Notes: generated from the letters alone by a model not told the origin. A stretch of 64,000 bases of DNA from Halobacteriales archaeon QS_6_64_34 (GCA_003020925.1 PXRT01000005.1:4052-68051); one strand, 5' to 3'; positions 19,863-30,424 are shown, counted from the stretch's first letter. Numbers and translations are program-made.

Positions 19863-21317
19863 ATGAGCGCTGCCAGTGGCATTACGATGGCGTCGATGTC
19901 TACCTACGCCATTCTCGGTTGTGGGAGTGTGGGACACGCGGTGGCGGAGGAGCTCGTCAACGAGGGGAAAGACGTGCTTATTCTGGATGCGGACGAGGGG
20001 CGAGTCGAGGCGCTCCGTGACCAGGACCTCAACGCCCAGCACGGTGATATCGCCGACGAACACGTGGCCGAGACGGTTCAGGACCGGGACGTCATTCTCA
20101 TCATGTCCTCGGACGTGACCGCGAACGCGGAGGCAGTGCGTAACATCCGCGCGGCCGAGGGCGACCAGTTCATCGTCGCCCGCGCGGACGACCCGGTCTC
20201 GGCCGACGAGCTGAGCGAACTGGGCGCGGACGTCGTCATCAACCCCTCGGCGGTCATCGCCGACTCGGCGTTGCGCGCACTGGAAACCGGTGAACTGGAG
20301 TACAAGGCCTCGCAGCTGGGCGACGTCATCGACGCCACGGAAGAGCGGATAGCGATTCTCATCCACCGGTCGCCCGACCCCGACTCAATCGCCTCCGCAG
20401 CGGCGCTGCGTGCCATCGCACAGAGCCGGGACGTCGAGGCCGACATCATCTACGAGGGCGAAATCGGCCACCAGGAGAACCGGGCGTTCGTGAACCTGCT
20501 CGGCATCGAACTGGCCTCCCGCGAGGAGGTCGACCTCGCTGATTTCGATACGGTCGCGCTGGTCGATGTAGCCAAAGGCGGCGAACTGCCCGTCGACGAC
20601 ATCGACATCATCATCGACCACTACGAGCACGACGAGGAGTACGACGCCGCCTTCTCCGACATCCGTCCCAACGTCTCCGCCACGTCGACCATCCTCACGA
20701 AGTACATCCAGGAACTGGACCTCACGCTCGACCAGACCGTCGCCACCGCACTCCTCTATGGCATCCGCGCCGAGACGCTGGATTTCAAGCGGGACACGAC
20801 GCCGGCGGACCTGACCGCAGCGGCCTACCTCTACCCCTTCGCCGACCACGACACCCTAGAACAGGTGGAATCGCCCTCGATGAGTCCGGAGACACTCGAC
20901 GTGCTCGCCGAAGCCATCCGGAATCGCGAGGTCAAGGGGAGCCATCTCGTCTCGAACGCGGGCTTTATCCGCGACCGGGACGCGTTATCCCAGGCCGCAC
21001 AGCACCTCCTCAACCTCGAGGGCATCACCACGACTGCCGTCTTCGCCATCACCGACGACACCATCTACCTCGCCGCCCGTTCGAAGGACATCCGCCTGAA
21101 CATCGGCAAGGTACTCGCAGACGCCTTCGGCGGGATGGGCGAGACGGCGGGCCACTCGACAGACGCGAGCGTGGAGATTCCGCTGGGTATCTTCACCGGA
21201 CTGGACACCTCGGACGACAACCGTGACACGCTGCTCGAACTGACCGAAGAAGCGGTCAAGGGAAAACTGTTCGAGGCGATGGGCGTCGATAGCGGCGAAG
21301 GGTCCAACGGGAACTAG
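19863..21317 (+). CDS. TrkA-N (RCK) + DHH/DHHA1 phosphoesterase family protein
   Basis: GCGSVG Rossmann motif, PDPDS, IIIDHY, GIRAET. Confidence 0.88.
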   Translation: MSAASGITMASMSTYAILGCGSVGHAVAEELVNEGKDVLILDADEGRVEALRDQDLNAQHGDIADEHVAETVQDRDVILIMSSDVTANAEAVRNIRAAEGDQFIVARADDPVSADELSELGADVVINPSAVIADSALRALETGELEYKASQLGDVIDATEERIAILIHRSPDPDSIASAAALRAIAQSRDVEADIIYEGEIGHQENRAFVNLLGIELASREEVDLADFDTVALVDVAKGGELPVDDIDIIIDHYEHDEEYDAAFSDIRPNVSATSTILTKYIQELDLTLDQTVATALLYGIRAETLDFKRDTTPADLTAAAYLYPFADHDTLEQVESPSMSPETLDVLAEAIRNREVKGSHLVSNAGFIRDRDALSQAAQHLLNLEGITTTAVFAITDDTIYLAARSKDIRLNIGKVLADAFGGMGETAGHSTDASVEIPLGIFTGLDTSDDNRDTLLELTEEAVKGKLFEAMGVDSGEGSNGN

Positions 21318-21619
21318 GCCGTAACCTCTTTTTCGTCTGTCTCCTCGTCGGGCTGGTGGAGTCGCTCCACGATGTCGTTGACGATGACCACGTCACCGAC
21401 GGCCTGGACCCACCGGTACGGGATGATGACCCCGCGTGCGCTCCGGGCGTCGGGGCCGAACAGCTCGGTGTTGAGCTGGTGAAGCGCCAACCCGGTGACC
21501 ATCTGTCGGTCCAGGTCGAGGCGGATATCCTCGATTTCGCCGACAAAGACCCCGTTTTTCGAGTAGACTTCCCGACCTACCAACGTCGTAATCTCCTGAG
21601 GAATCTTCTCAGTTTCCAT
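21314..21619 (-). CDS. PRC-barrel protein, probable cell-division protein CdpB1-like
   Basis: LVGREVYSKNGVFVGEIEDI, IPYRWVQAVGDVVIV. Confidence 0.8.
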   Translation of the reverse strand: METEKIPQEITTLVGREVYSKNGVFVGEIEDIRLDLDRQMVTGLALHQLNTELFGPDARSARGVIIPYRWVQAVGDVVIVNDIVERLHQPDEETDEKEVTA

Positions 21620-21731
21620 ACTGCGTCCCAGTACCGGACGGGTATTAAATGTTCATTGCGCGTCAGACAGGTCGTGACTCCTCACTGGTACCGACCGGGG
21701 ACTTTTCCCCGCCCGGGCCAATTGACAGTCG

Positions 21732-22160
21732 ATGCCCGAGGTTAGCGTGTCAGTCGACATCCCGGCCCCGCCCGAGACCGTCTGGGCGGTGCTGACCGAC
21801 ACCGAGGCGTACCCGCAGTGGAACACGCTGCTGTCGGTCCAGGGCGAGTTCGCCGTCGGCGAGACCGTCACCGTGTGGCTCTCGATGCCCGGCCTCCCGA
21901 CGATACCTATCTCCCCGGAGATAACCGCCGTCGAACCCAGACGGACGCTCAGATGGCGCTCCCGGCTATTCGGTATCGAGGCCGAGCACGCCTTTCTCCT
22001 CGAGCCACTGACCGACGGCGGGACGCGGTTCGTCCAGACTGAACGGTTCAGCGGAGCGGTAGCCGGACCGGTCGTGGGGCGGTTCGAACGGCGAATCCGG
22101 CGTGGGTTCGAACAGATGAACGTCGGGCTGTCCCGCCGTGCCGTCGAACTCGCCGGATGA
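21732..22160 (+). CDS. SRPBCC family protein
   Basis: APPETVWAVLTD..YPQWN, GTRFVQTERFSG. Confidence 0.85.
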   Translation: MPEVSVSVDIPAPPETVWAVLTDTEAYPQWNTLLSVQGEFAVGETVTVWLSMPGLPTIPISPEITAVEPRRTLRWRSRLFGIEAEHAFLLEPLTDGGTRFVQTERFSGAVAGPVVGRFERRIRRGFEQMNVGLSRRAVELAG

Positions 22161-22184
22161 GCGATACAGAAGGTGTCGATAGTT

Positions 22185-22718
22185 TCAGCGACGGTCGACG
22201 TCGGTATCGACACTCAGCCGGAGCTGGTCGTACGTCTCTTCGGCCACGGCGTCGCCGACGAGCGTGTAGATACCGGTTATGTCGTGGTCCGCCGCTTGCC
22301 CCGTCAGGTGGTCGACAAAGCGCGTGACACGTTCCTCGGAGGCGTACATGAGAAACACGTTGAGGTTCTCGATGAGGAGATAGCCGCCGTTGCCGATGGC
22401 CCCGAACGCCTTGGAGAGGCGCATGCTCAGCCCGGTCAGGTCGTCCGGTACCAGCGGGTCGCAGGTCCACATCGGTCCGTCGTACTCCGTTCCGGCACCG
22501 GAGATGGGGATGTGGACGACGGCGTCGAGGTCGGCCCCCGCCTCCTCGAGTCTGTCCGCAACGGCAGCCGATGGCTTCGAGGAGACGACGATGAGGCTCC
22601 GAGTCGCATCGACCGGGAGATGGGCAACTGGAGACCCCATCGAAGAGACCGACAACAGTAGCTGTGTTCCCGGCTCGACGGACAGTTCCGACCTGAGAAC
22701 GTCCTCACTAGACCCCAT
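22185..22718 (-). CDS. Degenerate RecA/KaiC-fold protein (DUF7504/DUF835-like)
   Basis: PDDLTGLSM, ENLNVFLMY..RF pattern; no Walker A; start uncertain. Confidence 0.65.
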   Translation of the reverse strand: MGSSEDVLRSELSVEPGTQLLLSVSSMGSPVAHLPVDATRSLIVVSSKPSAAVADRLEEAGADLDAVVHIPISGAGTEYDGPMWTCDPLVPDDLTGLSMRLSKAFGAIGNGGYLLIENLNVFLMYASEERVTRFVDHLTGQAADHDITGIYTLVGDAVAEETYDQLRLSVDTDVDRR

Positions 22719-22913
22719 CAGAACCTCCCCACCCACGAGCCGAGACGCTGGTCCCCCACATTGACAGTAGCCCCTACCTTCCGCAATCTTTTCTGATACA
22801 TAAATAACTTATGGGAGCGATATTGGTAATTCTACGGACAGGTCGCCCCGAGACGGGCGCCAGGGGCAGTTCGCTATCGACTCTTTCATGTAGCCGGTGG
22901 TCCACCGCCAACC

Positions 22914-23600
22914 ATGGGCTTCAGGGTGCACCGCCGACTCAGCCGGGCCGACGCCGTGACGCTGTGTAACGCGGTCGTGGGCTTTGCCGCCGGGGTCGTG
23001 GCGTTTACCGACCTCCACCTCGCGGCGCGGCTCGTTCTGCTTTCCGTTATCGTCGACGCCCTCGACGGCATCGCCGCGCGCAACGGCGAGAGTTCGGACG
23101 TGGGACCGCTGCTGGACTCCATCACCGACGTGCTCTCCTTTGGCGTCACGCCCAGCCTGTTCGTCTACGTCGTGTTGGCCTCGAGCTACGGTGGCGTGGG
23201 CGAAGCTGACCCCGTCGTGACCGTCGGGCTACTCGTCGCCGCCTCGCTGTATGCCGTCTTCTCAATCCTCCGGACGGCGTTTTACACGATATACTTCGAC
23301 GGCGCCGAGGAGCGGCCCGGGATGCCGAACTCGCTGGGAGCGATACTGCTTGCGACGGCCTATTTGGCCGGTCTCACCGGGCCGATACCCATCACAGTCG
23401 GTGCGGCGACCCTCGCTGTCGCACAGGTCTCGCCTTTCGACTACCCCAAGCCGGGGGTCAAAACCGTCGGGCCGATGGGCGTCGTCCTCTTTGGCGCCGT
23501 CGTCGCGCCGACCGCCGTCGGCCGGGCGGCACCGCGTCTTATGCTGGTCATTGCGCTCCTGTTTTTCGCACTGGGACCGCGCTACTACTGGGCCAACTAA
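22914..23600 (+). CDS. CDP-alcohol phosphatidyltransferase, archaetidylserine synthase-like
   Basis: ADAVTLCN, DALDGIAAR...GPLLDSITDVLSFG. Confidence 0.85.
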   Translation: MGFRVHRRLSRADAVTLCNAVVGFAAGVVAFTDLHLAARLVLLSVIVDALDGIAARNGESSDVGPLLDSITDVLSFGVTPSLFVYVVLASSYGGVGEADPVVTVGLLVAASLYAVFSILRTAFYTIYFDGAEERPGMPNSLGAILLATAYLAGLTGPIPITVGAATLAVAQVSPFDYPKPGVKTVGPMGVVLFGAVVAPTAVGRAAPRLMLVIALLFFALGPRYYWAN

Positions 23601-23692
23601 TCCGAAAGAGTGTCGGCCAGAAACCCCTCGAGAGCGTCGGTGAACGCGGCCGGCTGTTCGAGCATCGCCAGACTTGGGGCGTCGGGTACGAG
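23597..23692 (-). pseudogene. Relic of the C-terminus of an alpha/beta hydrolase
   Basis: Reads VPDAPSLAMLEQPAAFTDALEGFLADTLSD*, resembling the AxHL..LEQP.AF...L..FL terminus; rest of gene absent. Confidence 0.55.
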
Positions 23693-23795
23693 TGTACCCC
23701 TTCGAAGATGGGCCGTGTGGCACCGCAATCAGTTGTGAACCGCATTCAAGCAACTCTATGATAATCGGCGTCGTCTGCCGGTTTTGGGCGGAAGG

Positions 23796-23803
23796 TTTAT
23801 ATA
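23796..23803 (+). promoter_or_regulatory. TATA box of the small ORF/cdc48 unit
   Basis: GAAGG-TTTATATA about 26 nt upstream of ATG 23829 (leaderless spacing). Confidence 0.65.
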
Positions 23804-23828
23804 CTTGTCAAGATTACTTGTAGTTAGC

Positions 23829-23957
23829 ATGAACACAGACCAACAGTTGTTCGACGAGCTGTCCGTCAGCCGATTCGAGTACGACGGCGGCGACGCACGT
23901 GTGTTTATCAACAACGGCGTCCTGACTATCGAACTGTCAGCGGAGGCGACACACTAG
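23829..23957 (+). pseudogene. 42-aa, apparently internally deleted Hsp20-like (DUF7127-type) gene abutting cdc48
   Basis: MNTDQQLFDELSVSRFEYDGGDARVFINNGVLTIELSAEATH*; retains the NGVLTI motif. Confidence 0.6.
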
Positions 23958-26219
23958 ATGAAACTCACAGTCAAACCCCTCAAACAGAAAGACGCAGGCC
24001 GTGGTCTCGCGGCCATCGACCGGGCCGCGATGGACGAGATGGACCTGGAGAACGGTGATTACATCGTCCTCGAAGGACAGAGCCGCGCCGTCGCTCGCGT
24101 GTGGCCGGGCTACCCCGAAGACGACGGCAAGGGTATCGTCCGTATCGACGGCCAGCTCCGGCAGGAGGCCGGCGTCGGCATCGACGACAACGTCGCAGTG
24201 GAGAAAGCGGACGTCAAGCCAGCGACCAGCGTGACCGTCGCACTGCCCCAGAACCTCCGCGTCCGGGGCAACGTCGGCCCGATGATTCGCAACAATCTCA
24301 GCGGTCAGGCCGTCACGCAGGGTCAAACGGTGCCCGTGAGCTTCGGACTCGGCCCGCTCTCCTCGATGTCGGGCCAGAGGATTCCGCTCCGCATCGCGGA
24401 GACGGCCCCTTCCGGGACCGTCGTCGTCACCGACTCGACGGAGATTCAGGTCAGCGAGAAGCCCGCCGAACAGATACGCGAGGGCGAGGGCGCGGCCAGC
24501 CCCGAATCGCCCGACGTGACCTACGAGGACATCGGCGGTCTCGACGACGAACTCGAGCAAGTACGGGAGATGATAGAACTGCCGATGCGCCACCCCGAGC
24601 TGTTCCAGCAGCTCGGCATCGAGCCGCCGAAGGGCGTCCTGCTGCACGGCCCGCCGGGTACCGGCAAGACGCTGATGGCCAAAGCCGTCGCCAACGAAAT
24701 CGACGCGTACTTTACGACTATCTCCGGGCCGGAGATAATGTCGAAGTACTACGGCGAGAGCGAGGAGCAGCTCCGTGAGGTCTTCGAGGAGGCCGAGGAG
24801 AACTCCCCAGCCATCGTCTTCATCGACGAAATCGACTCTATCGCGCCCAAGCGCGGCGAGACCCAGGGCGACGTGGAACGCCGTGTCGTCGCCCAGCTCC
24901 TCTCCCTGATGGACGGGCTCGAAGAGCGAGGGCAGGTCATCGTCATCGGCGCGACCAACCGCGTGGACGCTATCGACCCCGCCTTGCGCCGTGGCGGTCG
25001 CTTCGACCGCGAGATAGAGATAGGCGTCCCGGACAAGGGCGGCCGCAAGGAAATCCTGCAGGTCCACACTCGCGGGATGCCCCTCGCCGAGGAAATCGAC
25101 ATCGACAGCTACGCCGAAAACACCCACGGCTTCGTCGGTGCCGACCTCGCCACGCTGACCAAGGAGTCCGCGATGAACGCGCTCCGGCGCATCCGCCCCG
25201 AGCTCGACCTCGAATCCGAGGAAATCGACGCCGAGGTCTTAGAGAAACTGGAGATTACTGACGAGGACGTCAAGGAGGCGATGAAGGGTATCGAACCCTC
25301 CGCGCTCCGCGAGGTCTTCGTCGAGGTCCCCGACGTCACCTGGGACTCCGTTGGCGGACTCGAAGACACCAAAGAGCGGCTCCGCGAGACCATCCAGTGG
25401 CCCCTGGAGTACGGCTCCGTCTTCGAGGCGATGGACCTAGAGGCCGCCAAAGGCGTCCTGCTGTACGGCCCGCCGGGCACGGGGAAGACACTGCTCGCGA
25501 AGGCCGTCGCCAACGAGGCCCAGTCGAACTTCATCTCCGTGAAGGGCCCCGAGCTACTGAACAAGTTCGTCGGTGAGTCCGAGAAGGGTGTTCGCGAAGT
25601 GTTCGCCAAAGCCCGGGAGAACGCCCCCACGGTGGTGTTTTTCGACGAAATCGACTCCATCGCCGGCGAACGCGGTGGCGGCCAGACCGACTCCGGCGTC
25701 GGCGAACGGGTCGTCTCCCAGTTGCTGACCGAACTCGACGGCATCGAGGAGATGGAGGACGTGGTCGTCGTCGCGACGACGAACCGGCCCGACCTCATCG
25801 ACAGCGCATTGTTGCGCCCCGGCCGACTGGACCGTCACGTCCACGTCCCGGTGCCCGACGAGGAGGCCCGCCATGCCATCTTCGCGGTCCACACCCGCGA
25901 CAAACCGCTGGCCGACGGCGTCGACCTGAACTCGCTCGCGAGCCGGACCGACGGCTACGTCGGCGCCGACATCGAGGCCGTCTGCCGCGAGGCGTCGATG
26001 GCCGCGACCCGGGAGTTCATCAACAGCGTCGACCCCGAAGACATCGACGACTCGGTCACCAACGTCCGCGTGACGATGGACCACTTCGAGCACGCGCTCT
26101 CGGAAGTCGGCCCCAGCGTCACCGACGAGACCCGCGAGCGCTACGACGAAATCGAACAGCGCTTCGACACGACCGAGCCCGACCTCGAAGCGGACACGGT
26201 CAGCCGGACCTTCCAGTAG
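23958..26219 (+). CDS. cdc48: Cdc48/VCP (VAT) AAA+ ATPase
   Basis: N-domain [10 protein letters not shown]; two GPPGTGKT modules with DEIDS and SRH. Confidence 0.96.
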   Translation: MKLTVKPLKQKDAGRGLAAIDRAAMDEMDLENGDYIVLEGQSRAVARVWPGYPEDDGKGIVRIDGQLRQEAGVGIDDNVAVEKADVKPATSVTVALPQNLRVRGNVGPMIRNNLSGQAVTQGQTVPVSFGLGPLSSMSGQRIPLRIAETAPSGTVVVTDSTEIQVSEKPAEQIREGEGAASPESPDVTYEDIGGLDDELEQVREMIELPMRHPELFQQLGIEPPKGVLLHGPPGTGKTLMAKAVANEIDAYFTTISGPEIMSKYYGESEEQLREVFEEAEENSPAIVFIDEIDSIAPKRGETQGDVERRVVAQLLSLMDGLEERGQVIVIGATNRVDAIDPALRRGGRFDREIEIGVPDKGGRKEILQVHTRGMPLAEEIDIDSYAENTHGFVGADLATLTKESAMNALRRIRPELDLESEEIDAEVLEKLEITDEDVKEAMKGIEPSALREVFVEVPDVTWDSVGGLEDTKERLRETIQWPLEYGSVFEAMDLEAAKGVLLYGPPGTGKTLLAKAVANEAQSNFISVKGPELLNKFVGESEKGVREVFAKARENAPTVVFFDEIDSIAGERGGGQTDSGVGERVVSQLLTELDGIEEMEDVVVVATTNRPDLIDSALLRPGRLDRHVHVPVPDEEARHAIFAVHTRDKPLADGVDLNSLASRTDGYVGADIEAVCREASMAATREFINSVDPEDIDDSVTNVRVTMDHFEHALSEVGPSVTDETRERYDEIEQRFDTTEPDLEADTVSRTFQ

Positions 26220-26247
26220 TACTTTTTGTCGCTCGGGCGGTTTCGGG

Positions 26248-26938
26248 GGTCGCGTTAAGTTAGAGGATGAGGCGGATGAGTTCCAAGTGCTTATGCCAGA
26301 ATTTGATCGCCTCAATGGCTGTATCGAGTGGATCGACTTGTCGTTTGTGAAGCGACAGCGGACTCCCGAGTGGGCGATTCAAGTGGGTATCCGGTGTCAT
26401 TTGGCGGGCATGTCACTTCGAGATACCAGTAAGCATCTCGAAAGCTTGAGAGTCAGTCGGAGTCACGTAGCCATTCACGACTGGGTGCATAAGGCCGAGT
26501 TACAGCCGGTCTCGACGGTGACCGAGGAGCAGATCGCGGTTGATGAAAAGCTGATCCGCATCAACGGTGATGACCACTGGCTGTACGGCGCTATCGACCC
26601 GAAAACGAACGAAATAATCCATCTAAGCCTGTTTCCAACGACGACGAAACAGACGACGCGGTGGTTTCTGGACGAGCTACATCATCGGTGTCGGCTCGAT
26701 GACTCCGTCTTTCTCGTCGACGGTGCGAACTATCTCGGGCCTGTCCTCGACAAAGACGGGTATTGATTCCAAGTGATATCAAACGGGAATCAAAACGCTA
26801 TCGAACGTGTCTTTTGCAAAATAGAACGCCGAACATCATTGTTTGCAAATAGTTTTAGCCATGTCGACGCTGAGACAACTCAATCGTGGCTTGATGCCTT
26901 CGCCGTCTACCACAATTTACGACAAAATTAACGCGACC
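26248..26938 (+). mobile_element. IS6-family insertion sequence (691 bp)
   Basis: TIRs ggtcgcgttaa / ttaacgcgacc enclosing a DDE transposase. Confidence 0.88.
26293..26931 (+). pseudogene. IS6 transposase with one in-frame stop at 26764-26766
   Basis: AVDEK, WLYGAID, LVDGA; frame continues past TGA as FQVISNGNQNAIERVF...AFAVYHN. Confidence 0.88.
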
Positions 26939-27056
26939 AGTCAACTTCAATTAGCACAGATAACCTGCTGCAACGTGTGTTTTCTAGAATAGATACCTGA
27001 GAACCGTACTGCACCCATCTTTTAACTCTTATCTGAACACGGGGTTGGCTATTTTG

Positions 27057-27659
27057 CTATCTTTCATTCACAGTGAACGGAACACCGATTCCATATTTTG
27101 TATCTGGTATTCCCCAATATATGAATCGATAATTACCAGGTCTAATTTGTCCGCAAATATAATATGTGGGGGGGTGTCCCGTGGAGTTTGACAGTCCGTC
27201 CTTTGTGAATCTTAATTTCCATTGAAATCCCTCTCCCGGTGGATGGCTAATTCCATCATCTGAATGTACAGCATTCTCCTCAGTAGCAATTATCGATTGC
27301 CATTCCCCATCATTTTGATACTGTATATCATATTTTTTCTTATTGCCGGTAAGATTATCACTATTGCTCACATTTTTTAAGGACACTTTTAAATAATCTC
27401 CTATAGAAATATTCCTCTGCTCGACAGTAATGTCAAATCCATTAATAGGCCCAGTATGAGCAGGCCAATCAGGGCTCAGTGGACTGTAACCTTCACACAA
27501 TTCGCGTGACGAAGGTGAGGCTCCTTTTTGTTCGAATGAGTTATCCGAGGGGGTATTATTATCGGACATATTGAATGAGACACATCCGGATAAGGTTAAT
27601 GATAGCCCTGATATAGTAGAGATAATGTGTTCTCTCCGGCTGATGGAATTGTTATTCAT
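27057..27659 (-). CDS. AT-rich Tat lipoprotein with Ig-like body
   Basis: SRREHI and LSGC lipobox; C-terminal PGNYRFIYWG. Confidence 0.78.
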   Translation of the reverse strand: MNNNSISRREHIISTISGLSLTLSGCVSFNMSDNNTPSDNSFEQKGASPSSRELCEGYSPLSPDWPAHTGPINGFDITVEQRNISIGDYLKVSLKNVSNSDNLTGNKKKYDIQYQNDGEWQSIIATEENAVHSDDGISHPPGEGFQWKLRFTKDGLSNSTGHPPTYYICGQIRPGNYRFIYWGIPDTKYGIGVPFTVNER

Positions 27660-27741
27660 TAGATATTATTATTTATAGAGACCAATAGATTAAAAGCTGG
27701 TGATTTCAATAGATGTCAAAGAGGGCTATTTCTCCCTAATT

Positions 27742-28784
27742 TTAGAGGAGGCCATATTCTATACCATGTGTTTCATGGACTTTCCAAGCCGCGCCCGCAA
27801 GAGATTCCCCACCAAAGTGTGTACCTATGGTTGCGGCAAAATAATCTCCATCATTTTCCCACTTGTAGTAATGTGGTGAACCCGAATCGCCTGGTTTAGT
27901 TCTCATTGTGCTTCTAACATATGGTTGATCCGAACCACAGGGCGAAAACATGTATTTGTCATTTTCCACAGTACCAGATGTAAAGCATGATGTTCTTCCC
28001 ATCTTATGTACATCTTGTCCAGATTCTTTGAAATCAGAGAGAGCAATCTCTGATACATATCCACTCATTCTTGGGGAATCACCATCTTTGATATAGTCAT
28101 CATAATCATTCACATCGTAATCTGGAATAGTAGTAATATCTAAACTCTTGTCGTTAATTCCACCATATGCATTTCCTAAATTATTGTATCCTTGTACTGC
28201 CTCTCCCTCTACAGTGCTACAGTCCGATGAAAATAGGTGGGCGCACGTCAAGAGGTGTTCCTCTTCATCAACCAATACTTTCTGTGTAGTTGTTGCTCTC
28301 CCCCCGCTATCATTATTTGTCAACTGAACCCCGCCCGGAATTGGCCAATATTCGCTTGTGTTACAGGTGTCTGGTTCAGTGTTAGGAACCTCCTCGATGA
28401 CCTCTACACTGACACCATTTTGTTCCGATGGTACATCTGGTTGTGGCGCATCTTGCTCTTTGTAAATTATTACATTACTAGCATTCCGTCCTCCTCTTTT
28501 TTATCATCATCAATCCCTTTAGCTATAGCGGCGACTCCCTGATCTTTACTATGCGAATTATGGATATTAGAAAGGACTTTATCTGCCTTTTCTTCTTGTT
28601 GTTTCCACTTTTTCGAGACCTTCTTACTCTTCACTATTTCATCTCCGGATATAACCACGGGAATATTAACCTGCCTCTCAACCCGACCTGCAGTTGCTGT
28701 TCCAACCGAACTGAAAGCAGTAGCACCTGCTGCAACTTTTATCGCCTTACGGCGAGACATGTACCGGTTACTATCTTTGGACAT
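27742..28784 (-). pseudogene. Tat-secreted trypsin/chymotrypsin-like (S1) serine protease, frameshifted at an A6 run (28497-28502)
   Basis: SRRKAI signal; downstream frame open from the A-run through LTCAH, LDIT, HKMGRTS, PGDSGSP; one extra A gives 347 aa. Confidence 0.8.
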
Positions 28785-28831
28785 CGGACTATGATTTAGT
28801 ATATTGTTATATAAATTTTTGTCGTGTCGCA

Positions 28832-28918
28832 GCTCGCGTTAAGTTAGAGGATGAGGAAGTCGAATTCTGGCATAAGCACTTGGAACTCGTCCGCCTCATC
28901 CTCTAACTTAATGTGACC
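28832..28918. mobile_element. Two IS6 left-end fragments head-to-head (mini palindromic element)
   Basis: 28834-28856 is a direct copy of the left end; 28861-28918 is the reverse complement of 26248-26305 with a few mismatches. Confidence 0.85.
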
Positions 28919-29033
28919 AAAGGCTGCCGGCGCGGGCTGTTCACGGCACTACGCGCCGTTTATTTCGAGGTCATTGTGCGACCGCGACGCTTCCCGACTA
29001 CTTATTTACCTACAGCGGCCACACGTAGCGGTA

Positions 29034-29849
29034 ATGTCCGGTTGGCTGAGCACTGCAGACGGTCACGCCGAGGAGGACCACGACGGAGAGCAGCACGAAC
29101 ACCGGAGCCGGTGGCCTCTCATCGCGGCCGTCGGCACCGGCCTGCTGTATCTCGGCGCCGGCTTCTATTTCGTCGGGCTGGACCTCGTTCCGGTCTTCAT
29201 CCCCGCCGGTCTCGCCGGCGTCGGCACGGTGGGCATCCTCGCCGGCTTCTTCGGCTGGGTCTACGAGGCGTTCCTGGCGCCGAGGGCCGGTCACGGCGGC
29301 CACGCCGACCGCTACTCGACGACGATGATACTCTTTCTGGCCTCGGACGTCTCGACGTTCTCGGCGGGCTTTATCTACTACGCGTTCGTCCGCGCCGGCG
29401 CCTGGGAGACCAGCCATCACCTACTGACCCCGCTCGTCTTCGTCAACACCGTGTTGCTGGTCGCCAGCAGTTTTACCATCCACTACGCCCACCACGCCCT
29501 CAACGAGGGCGACCGCAAGAAGTTCCTCGGGCTGCTGGGGGCGACGCTGGCGCTGGGCGTCGTCTTCCTCGGCGGACAGGTGTACGAGTACTACGCGCTG
29601 CTCGTCGTCGAAGGGTTCTCGCTGACGAGTGGCGTCCTCGGCAGCGCGTTCTACGGGTTGACCGGACTCCACGGCCTGCACGTCGCGCTCGGTGTCTTGC
29701 TCATCAGTATCGCCTTCGGCCGGTCGCTCCGTGGCGAGTACGGCCCCGGCCACGACACCGCCATCAAGACGACCTCGCTGTACTGGCACTTCGTCGACGT
29801 GGTGTGGGTTTTCCTCGTCGTCGTCCTCTACGTCGGTGCGTCGGTGTGA
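29034..29849 (+). CDS. coxC: Heme-copper oxidase subunit III
   Basis: NTVLLVASS, FLGGQVYEY, TGLHGLHV, YWHFVDVVW. Confidence 0.92.
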   Translation: MSGWLSTADGHAEEDHDGEQHEHRSRWPLIAAVGTGLLYLGAGFYFVGLDLVPVFIPAGLAGVGTVGILAGFFGWVYEAFLAPRAGHGGHADRYSTTMILFLASDVSTFSAGFIYYAFVRAGAWETSHHLLTPLVFVNTVLLVASSFTIHYAHHALNEGDRKKFLGLLGATLALGVVFLGGQVYEYYALLVVEGFSLTSGVLGSAFYGLTGLHGLHVALGVLLISIAFGRSLRGEYGPGHDTAIKTTSLYWHFVDVVWVFLVVVLYVGASV

Positions 29850-29901
29850 CGACGTTCGAAAGTCGACGGCTGTTGGACGCCACACGAGCCCTCAGAACAC
29901 G

Positions 29902-30423
29902 CTACCTGCGCTCGTCTATGTTCGCCCGGTCTTCGAGTTCCACGAGCTTTCGGTAGATGGGGGGACTGAGGATGCCGATGACGCCGAAGATGATGGCGAA
30001 CACGCCCAGCGGGAACTGCAGTTCGGGCGCGATGAAGCAGGGGTTCTCAGCGACGACCGTCGTGTAGTGGCGCTCACCCTCGTAGACGACGATTGACCCG
30101 TTGCGGATGCTGTCGCCGTTGGGGAACGCCCCCTCGACGCGGGCCTCGCCGATGGGGTCCGCAAGCGCTCCGTCGACGGCCGCCCGTTCGGCCTCGGAGA
30201 GGTTCTCGTAGTGGAGCCATGAGAGACCCTGTGGCTCGGAGTCGCCGAACCGCTGTTGGGTTTCCTCGGGCCCTTCGACGGCTATGGTGGGTGAGTCACA
30301 GGTGGTGATGTCCTCTTGAATAATGGCGTAGCCGCCGGGGACGGCGGCTCCGATGCCGACGGCCACCACCAGCACGCCGACAAAGGGCGCGACGTACGTA
30401 AAGAGAATCGACTCGTCGCTCAT
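29902..30423 (-). CDS. Hypothetical two-TM membrane protein
   Basis: Terminal TM helices, acidic central domain with two Cys; start directly follows coxA stop. Confidence 0.7.
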   Translation of the reverse strand: MSDESILFTYVAPFVGVLVVAVGIGAAVPGGYAIIQEDITTCDSPTIAVEGPEETQQRFGDSEPQGLSWLHYENLSEAERAAVDGALADPIGEARVEGAFPNGDSIRNGSIVVYEGERHYTTVVAENPCFIAPELQFPLGVFAIIFGVIGILSPPIYRKLVELEDRANIDERR

Positions 30424-30424
30424 C

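Noticed and set aside
28495-28503. AAAAAAG as a programmed -1 frameshift heptamer
   Set aside because: Phase is AAA AAA G, not A AAA AAG, so it is not the canonical tandem-slippage arrangement.
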